This document shows positions 55,417-64,000 of a stretch of 64,000 nt of DNA, piece after piece (positions within the stretch are counted from its first letter, which is position 1; each line of letters starts with the position of its first letter). The stretch is from Tubiluchus corallicola (lineage: Eukaryota > Animalia > Priapulida). The stretch spans positions 132,781 to 196,780 of the forward strand of contig JAQGDQ010000129.1 in NCBI GenBank assembly GCA_030141605.1. The letters are read 5' to 3'. The notes below the pieces were generated by a model. That model was not told the origin of the DNA. It was given only the letters and a program-made list of their open reading frames with translations, and searched no databases. The position numbers and the translations under genes were made by a program.

Positions 55417-55524
<108 letters not shown>

Positions 55525-56463
55525 TTCTTTATTGCTATAAAAATGCTGTATCTGCTTAAAGGCATTTTAGTGGGTGGTTATAACTACACTTGTTTCAGAT
55601 GGGTTTCCTGCAAGAAGTTCATTATTTTACACTGTTCTCAAACACGGTACTTTGATAAATTTATCAGCTTCTTTCCTATTATATCTAAGAATTTGTTCAA
55701 TGGAACATGCATCCGTAATGCCCTCATTTCGAGCAATTTCAACGCCCGTTGTTGTTCTCGTCGTCGTCGTCGTCGTCGTTGTTGTTACTGCTGGTGCTGC
55801 CGTTGCCGTTGCTGTTGTCGTTGTCATTGTTTGTTATGAATACATTGCTACCAAAGAGTCATGAACAAATCTTTAACACATTGGGTTGCATCGTAACAAT
55901 GGTATCCAATACTCAATAGAAACCATGTCTTTTATGACAGCTTTCACGCATTCACATAAATTTTTAGTTATCAATGCAATGTTCTCACTTAGGGGGAATT
56001 CTTCAATCTCAGCGGAATTGTCAAGCACGAAAAAAAGTCAAGTGTGCACATTTTGCGCATGGCACTCATAACAATTTGGTAAGCGTCGTCTCCGAATGGA
56101 TGAGAAATGACGTGAGCAATTGTGCACGCTTTCGAAGAGGCACTTTCTCAGAAACAGGCTTGAAATATATACAGATGAATGTGGCAAAACGAAATGAGAT
56201 TTTTCACTTAATACCTTAGAAAGAGAGAAATAGAAGTAGCGCAGATTTCAAAACTGCCAATACTACGTAGTCTTATCGACATTTTTGTAGTAAAAAAAGT
56301 ATATCTCATTTGTATAAAAATAAACAATAAAATAAAATTGAAACTAAAAGTAGAATTACGTTTATCGTAATACGATCACTAATTACAGTTTCTATCATTA
56401 AGTTAGGTTGTTAACAGTTTTCTCATACGGTAATACGATTTTAGACAGGTACAGGCAAGAAAA

Positions 56464-56526
56464 GTAGCAGAATGGACATGACGAAGCAACGCCGAGGCTG
56501 GTCAATAGGCGAATGGGTGACCACCA
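56464..56526 (+). mobile_element. tRNA-head/5S-derived SINE-like repeat copy (internally deleted)
   Basis: gtagcagaatggacatgacg (A-box-like) is joined to aagcaacgccgaggctggtcaataggcgaatgggtgaccacc (5S ICR-like). Confidence 0.62.
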
Positions 56527-59500
56527 CGTTCCATAGTTCAACAGTCAAATACTAAAATTTGCTGTTTTCCGCGTTTGCTGGATCTAGCTAAACCCTCTCC
56601 CATTTCAGTGTCTCATTTTACAGGATCATTCTTTAAAATTAAAAAAGTCCTGGTTGTATAGTAGGCAACACGTATCACTGGTTGCTGAACTCCAGCTTAC
56701 AGGGTGCTGAACTAGAAAGAAAGTTTTTTGTATGATTGTATCCCTCATCATCATTTAGACTTTGATCTATGCTATCAAAGGGGCACTCGAGGAAACATAT
56801 TACCCTGCAGCAGCTGCCTGGTCGGTCCAGCCTGGTTGGTGGTATAGCTCTGTGATTTAATAACCAGCAAATTTGTAGCAAGCCTACATCATACCTGCGC
56901 AAGTTAATTACTGATTAATTTATTGATAGCGACCTGCTTAAGCATTGCAGGTTTGATGCCTGCGTGAGACTTGGAAAATGTTAGTGCGCCGATGGAGATA
57001 TTAAAATCGAAACATGGACGCAAATGAAAATTGTCAAAAGAAACAAAAAGTAATTATCAGTTGTTCTCATTTGTAATGAATGTAAGTTCCGATGACTATT
57101 AAAGTTAGAATCATAGGCTATTATAAATTATATTATAAAATTAAATTGGAGTTTGTTGTACATTTACAAAAGCAAATTCAGTTAAAAACAGCTGCGTAAT
57201 TTTCTGTGTATTTTTCCTTTTTTGTTTGTTTTCTTTGCGACAGGGGGGTTAAGCTCAAGAAGCACTAATGTTTCTGGAAAATGACTAAGTTCTGGCGGGA
57301 ATGTTTCATGAAATTCTCAAAACCCATGTTTGCGTACACAAATATGAATAACCGTATTGGAGTTGGCATTTAATTTGTCGGATTGATCCCCCTCCCCGAA
57401 GGTTCTTCCGCCATGGACAGAGAGTAACTGCTTTTGCTCAGCCTAAAATATGCACGTAGAAGCTTGAAGGATGTGATCAAGCAAGATACGATTTAGTACA
57501 ATACGTCACGTCGAAAATTTGGAGCTGGCTAGATTTGACTCGTGTTCCCGATTTTGTCCATTTTGGGACGTTGAATCAAAAAAAGGAAAAAATACCAATT
57601 TTAGCATGCACATCTTCAGCTGCCATCTTGTGTTTCAAAATAGGCACTCAACTTCTCTTAAAAGCAGTCTATATCTCAAAATATGGGAGGGGGAAAACTG
57701 TACATTATAGAATGTATTTACAAGACCCAAAAAAATCTCGTATTCTTCTTCCCGCCTCGCTTAACTATTTTGGGTCTGCAAGCCTACATGCGCAAACGTT
57801 TGATTGCTATTCAGTGCTTAGACAATTGTTGTTGCAGTTCCGTGCAACGCCTTTGACGTTCTTTTTTCTCGTTTGTAATTGAGCGTTATTGGCTTCCGCG
57901 GCCATGCGCCTGAGCTTGTACTGGCAATTACAGGCCAAACATGCCGCTGATAGTGATTAAAAATCGTGCGAGGGATCCTGATGTTGATCAGTTTGGCACA
58001 CAAATTGCTTTACGACACGGCAGTTTTCTAATATAATTCCTAACGTTTGTACACAAATCCAACCAAAGCCGAAAATCCGGGGCGGATATGGTTCGGTTTA
58101 CTTAGAGTCCAAGATGACAAATTAGATTTGCTGTTTTAGCGAGACACATTGACCGCAATTTCAAAAATGTAAAATCATGAAGGTTGTATACGGGGTAAAC
58201 TTTATTTACAATTGTATAGCGTCCGTTAGCACACTCATGATCGTATTAGGCTAGGCCTGCAGTGCCCTACATAGCTTGCTTTCAATCTAGGAGGTCGCCG
58301 GTCACATCAATCTCTAAAATGGTACCTTCTGTTGCCCTGACTGGCGCGTGGTGAGTGGGGTAATAATAATTTCTGTTAGGTAGATGTGATTTGTTGTTTA
58401 CAGTAGGCGATAAAAGCCTGAAAGCCTGACAACGTGTTTTCAGTCGCACAATGTTCGAGTAAAACCACTATAGTCCGGGCGAAAAATGGCAAAGGGAGAG
58501 TGAAATTTGTGGGGTGAGTCCTTACAATGTATTTTTACTGATGCTGATTCCTGGCGAGATTAAAGATCTAGTTTCAAACCAATCTGTTGCAAACCTAGAT
58601 GTTACTCCTTCTAATAAATTATGTTTAAACCGAAAATCTAACAGCAGTCAACTTTGGAGGAATTTGAGAAGTTCAAGAATGTAGACAACATGGTGGCCAG
58701 AATTTAAAAAACAGTTAAACGTTCGTCGCTTATAACGGTTCATTCATGTACATGCATTATTATTATTATTATTAATAAAAATATGGCCCTAAACTATACA
58801 ATAGGACGTGGCTTTTTAGTTCATTGTACATGTACAAATAACGTCATAATGACTATGACGTCACCAGCCGCAGTCTTTTAAGCCAAACATGAGTGAAAGA
58901 AAGCTACAGTGCAAATGTCTGTACATTTCATCATTCCATCCTTTACCAGTAACCTTGAAATTAGAATTATAGATATTTAACACAAAGTTAGGATCTTCCC
59001 TAAAACAGAACCTACTGGCACCTGTGGCACGTAATTGTGTAAATTTCGCATATGTCACTAATTCAGTTTTACAGAACAGAAACGACTACTGCAATTGAGC
59101 TTTGTATTAGCATCAAAGGAACCCGTGAAGAGTGCTGCTGCCATACTGGCAACTTTTTAATCCTGACATCTGGCACCGTTTACATTGTAAACATCAGAAA
59201 CACTAATAAAATACCAGCGCTCTCCTTGTATGTACAATGAATGAATTCGTTATTTAAACCGACCTTTTTAATAAAGTCGTTAACAAAAAATCACTTGTTA
59301 ATAAAAATAATCATTTCTAACCGTTAGTTTATATATTATGCAACACGTGCCCCTGTCTATAAGGAACTTTCGATAAAAAAATCACAGTAACTCACAGTGC
59401 CATAATGTGTTGGTATTTCCTCGTCAGAATACCGACTCTGTATTTATACTAAGTAAAGAGAAAAATAAAATCAGTCTCTCCGAGCTTGATAAAATTGTCA

Positions 59501-59923
59501 TAACACATTTTTCTCAGTACTGTTCAAAATAAGGAACAGATTCAGATAACGATTGACAGACAAAAATCTTCTGCAAACACCTTTTGGGATTGTTTATGTA
59601 ATAACTACTCCGTGTTACTGCAATCTGCAATACTGCAATCTTACATAAAACCAGAATAATATTCAAGTTAAACAGACCTGTTCCTTCAAAAACGAAAAAA
59701 TTATTGGCGGGATCACACAGATTATGAAGCCGTGAACAGGACATAATTTGTTTTCGAAACAGTCGACCTCTCTCGATTCTTGTCACGTATGTGATCGTGT
59801 TACCAGATACTTCTGAATAATGCATTAGATTGCGGCTTAGGTATTGGTCTAGAAACCTGCAAAGGCGCAGCTAACATTAAGCGTCATTAATTATACTTGA
59901 TTTATTGTCTGACAAGCAGGAAA

Positions 59924-60029
59924 AAATTGTGACACGTGCACGGTGCATGCTCTTAAATTCCTGCTGATCATAACAATTGTGACTCATACAACATGTTCAC
60001 GCTGAAATACGTGCAGATCGTCACAATTT
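59924..60029. mobile_element. ~105-bp MITE-like inverted repeat
   Basis: aaattgtgacacgtgcacg ... cgtgcagatcgtcacaattt, with an internal third aattgtgac. Confidence 0.5.
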
Positions 60030-60339
60030 GTCTTTGTTAATAAAAAAAAGTTTTTTGCATTCATTGTAGCTCACAGACTGTGACAGGAAACGATTTGGGA
60101 ACACAGAGAGGGAGATGAGGTTGTATAATTGCAGGCATAATTGAATTAAGAATCGTGATATGTACTCATATAAACTTCTGTGCGGATTCCGAGATTATAT
60201 TGGCAAAGAAAACAGAAATGGACACAGCTGTATTACTTGTTCAAGAAATGATTTTCGAGAATTAGTAAATTTTTAATTTTGACGTGTTAAAATTTTAATG
60301 TTTAGAAATGTTTCTTTATAGCAGTAATGTCTATTTCGA

Positions 60340-60425
60340 TTTCATCATCATTATCATCATCATCATAATCGTCATCATCCTCATCATCGTCATCATCGTC
60401 ACCATCGCTATCTCTATCATCATTG
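60340..60425. repeat. Degenerate (ATC)n repeat
   Basis: ATC/GTC/ACC/ATT units in phase. Confidence 0.9.
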
Positions 60426-63000
60426 CAACACTCCTGCAGCCACTAATTTCATTGTCAAACATTAAGAGCGTTCACCTGCCTGTTTCACTTTTATTTATTA
60501 CATGTACCCTGATAAAGTGACGTGTGTTTCTAAAACGTTAAACCTGACATTGACAGTGTCTTTGAACCACACGAAAAGCACAAAAGAAAACAAATGATTT
60601 ACGAATTGTCTAGCAACAAGATTAAATGGCTTTCAGTAAACGCAGAAGCTTCGATTCCATGTTTTCGTATTTCTATCCAGCCATTACTTCAGATGCTATG
60701 CAAAAACATACTGCTGAAATAATCACATCTGATCTTTCCTGTCTGTCTGCAAGTGCTTTTTCATCTACCTTGTGATCTACATTTTTTTCTCCTTGTGTGC
60801 GTGTAAAATTATTTATTATGCTGCGAATTTTTAGTTCTTTAAATTATACTTGCACTTACAATTGACTCAACTGACTCCAGCAGAAGTGAAGACCAAAAAA
60901 CAACATGAAACCCTCAAGTGCTGCCAAAGAATTGGGACGGACTGAACACAGTATTTTTTATTCGAAATTAGACTCGTTATCTACTAGTTGAATCAAACAC
61001 ACAAAATATGTCTTTGCAATGAACTACAGCTTCAAATACTAGTGGAAAAACAAACACAGTTTGTGTGGCTTTATGATATTTTAGTTGATAAGGAGTCTAA
61101 TTGATCGTTAGCACTATGCTTAATTTTGTAAATCCGTACTAAGTACAAAAATCGATGCTGTATCTTCTTCCTTTCCTTTTTCTTCTTTAATCTTTCTCAA
61201 GTTTCGTTTATTCCACTTATTTTCAATTTCATTAAGCTTTATTATGCTGTAAAATGTTAAATCTGATTGATGAGTGCCTAGCAAAAAAGTGTTTAACCAG
61301 TTCGTCTGGAAGGAATACCGTCATTTATGAATCATTTTCAAATGAGATTAAGAAAAGTCATTTGCTGCATAAATAAAAAATATTAAAGCCAATCTTGTAA
61401 CAGTGTCTGGATGTTATCATGATGTTAGTAAGATTAAAAATTTATGGAAATACATCAACTTTCGGTCGTCTCTCGATTTCTTGGAACGACAATTTCGCTG
61501 ACTATAAAATTTACTCGCAAATAAGACATCAAATCAGCCATGTATTCTTCTGCTATCATAGTTTCATGCTATTGAGAAAATTTTGCAACTGATATTGATT
61601 GCCGTCATAAGAAACGCCAAGGTCTCTCGTTTATTGTGTCTTGTCTTTCACAGCTCGTCTAGGAAAACGCTAAATTTATTGTCCAGTCGTTTGTTTCACG
61701 TAATGATCACGCACTAATTCATGCATTCATGCTTTTTATGAATTCAGTTATAACAAATGTCGTGGAACAGGACAGACCATACATCATCAACTGCAATCAA
61801 TCATGCCGGAAATGCTCATCCGATATTGCTATTTTGCATGCTATGATTTGTAGACATACATACCGGTTTTCCCTTCAAATGTTATAATAATAATGGATCG
61901 ATTTTACTAGTTGTGACCTAGGGGGCGAATCCAGGAGCAAAATCAAGACGAAAGATCGTTCTGTGAAAATATAAATTCTGTTCATTTTTACAGTAAAATG
62001 ATCAACTGACGAAAACTTATCCGAGATGTTTAGAAATATTACAGAAACAAATTCTTTGCATCGTGATCTTTCGGCTTTTAAATACCAATCAATCAACCAT
62101 TGTGCAAGTCGTATACGAAGTAAAGGCTTACAAATAAGTTGGAGAGAAATCGTATATTCAAGTTCATTTGCTTTACTGATAATTATTTTGCCTTCTTATC
62201 TTTCTGGTGGGCTGTCAATTTCCAAGAGTAACTTTCGTAGATATATTGTGTTAATAGATAATCTGTGAGCGTTGTATTCAAATAGAAAGTGAAAGTCAAA
62301 CATGAAAGTTGCAACGGCTTTCGAAGAGACTTGCTCTTAGAAATTGGCAAAGCAGCAGGTACACACAAAATATATTTAAATATATCGACAACAACTGTCA
62401 TCCACCAAAATACACCTTACAAAACTCAGTCTTATATATCAATGTCTGAAAGCAGATATCTTAAAGTCAAAAGTAGGCGTTGCGCTGCACCAGTGAACAC
62501 TTCATGATTCGTGACACTAGATGACATAAATTTCCATTTCAGACTTTTCGTCGATCTTTGGCCATCTGCTGAGCCACTTTGAAATTAAAAGCGGCGACTT
62601 TTTCAGCTGTTTTGCTTTTACGGTTTATGAATGATTAATGGCTGCATCATGTCATCTGACTTACTTAATATTGGTTTGACATCAATAATGCTTGTTCTTA
62701 AAAGAGGAACGAAATTTATTCAATTCCATGTAATTGAAGAAAAGCGGGAAAGTTTTACCTAACGATTCATGTTCTTGAAAGACTTTTTCTTAGATGCTAT
62801 AGAACAACTTTTGATTTCATCAGACGGTTTTATTTCAGTACGTACATGCAGCTGCATCAAAGCTTATAAATCCAAATTGACAACATTATTTGTCATCCAT
62901 TGATATTGTTAGCATCAATAATTCGATAATTTATTTATGTTATGTAGATTACAGATCTCTCTATCAACCCCACCCACCTCTTTATCTCTCTCGCTTTCTT

Positions 63001-63004
<4 letters not shown>

Positions 63005-63040
<36 letters not shown>

Positions 63041-63066
63041 TCTTTCTCTCTCTCGCTCTCTCTCTC
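63005..63066. repeat. (CT)n microsatellite
   Basis: CT run with a few interruptions. Confidence 0.95.
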
Positions 63067-64000
63067 CCCATGCAATTTATTACAACAGTTTGCATTGAAG
63101 AACTATTGCAAATTCACAGTGCATAACAGCATCAAAACATCGTTGCATGCACTGTGCTGACTGTAATAATTGTCACACATGAACCACCTCTTCAACTCTG
63201 CATGATGCTCATACTTATGATTCTGCTTATGAGGAAATTTATGGACTCTGGCAGCAATTACCTCTCCTCTCTGCGAAGGTAACACGAACTGCATTCAGTA
63301 TAGATCATTGCAAAATTACTTCTAGATTATACCCTTCTCTGCAACACCCGTAATTTGAGAAATGTGCAGCCAGCACTTAACTGTCATCATTACCTGAGAA
63401 TACTACTATCTATATCCCTGCAAAGATACCAATGTTGCGTTAGTGGCTTAGACTTCACATGATGGACGTCTGTACTAATTTTGATGATTGCCAGTAAGAA
63501 CTGCACCTAAAGGATTGTGCATCATGTAAGATTATTGAACATAATTTGAATGTATGCGTTTGCCATTTCTACCTCACCTGACAGATCAGACTTGTAGCTC
63601 GTCACAAGCGTCTTGCATTATCGCAATTATTTTTGATGTGTGATCGTACCTTTGCGATGTGACATTTCTTCACTCCCACAAAACGTTTGAGCTCATGTCT
63701 AAAGTTTAAGGTAGCCCCTTTCTTAGATTTCTTTTCGTTATTTATTTATTTAAAAAGTTTAAAAAGTATGTTCAGTTATGACTCTAAAGTAGTAACAACA
63801 CTTATTTTGCATCAATTTTAACTGTACGCATTTTCTTGTACATCTGGTGGCACCAATAATGTCATTTAGAGATACCGTCATGTGAATTTTTTGTTTTTAA
63901 TCCGCGTTCTACTAAAGACCTAATTAACAATTGAAAAGGATATAACTCATTAAGACGTACAGACAACGACACATTATGCTGCAGTGAATCTAGTGATTCT

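Noticed and set aside
57241-57415. hAT-MITE-like ends (cagggggg ... tccgccatg; also gggggcgaatccagg at 61921)
   Set aside because: Poor terminal match and no 8-bp target-site duplication.
60108-60130. let-7-like string gagggagatgaggttgtataatt
   Set aside because: The seed is mismatched and there is no complementary star arm.

Overview
AT-rich eukaryotic DNA, most likely from an invertebrate animal. It reads as intergenic or deep-intronic sequence. I found no intact, recognisable host protein-coding gene, rRNA, true tRNA, CRISPR array or operon. Most long ORFs in the supplied track are microsatellite artefacts. What can be supported: (i) four decayed non-LTR retrotransposon (LINE) remnants, two of the CR1/L2 group (3735-5061 +, 31172-32345 -) and two RTE-type (1926-2081 +, 10841-11388 +); (ii) a dispersed SINE-like family joining a tRNA A-box-like head to a 5S rRNA internal-control-region segment (about 5 copies), plus one ordinary tRNA-type SINE; (iii) several MITE/foldback-like inverted-repeat elements; (iv) many simple repeats. 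The most unusual signals are a 110-bp gap-free inverted repeat (15017-15340) whose arms differ by 22 transitions and 1 transversion, the same transition bias in other repeats in the window, and a strand-specific pre-miRNA-like hairpin at 32656-32743. All alignments and counts were done by eye and need computational confirmation.
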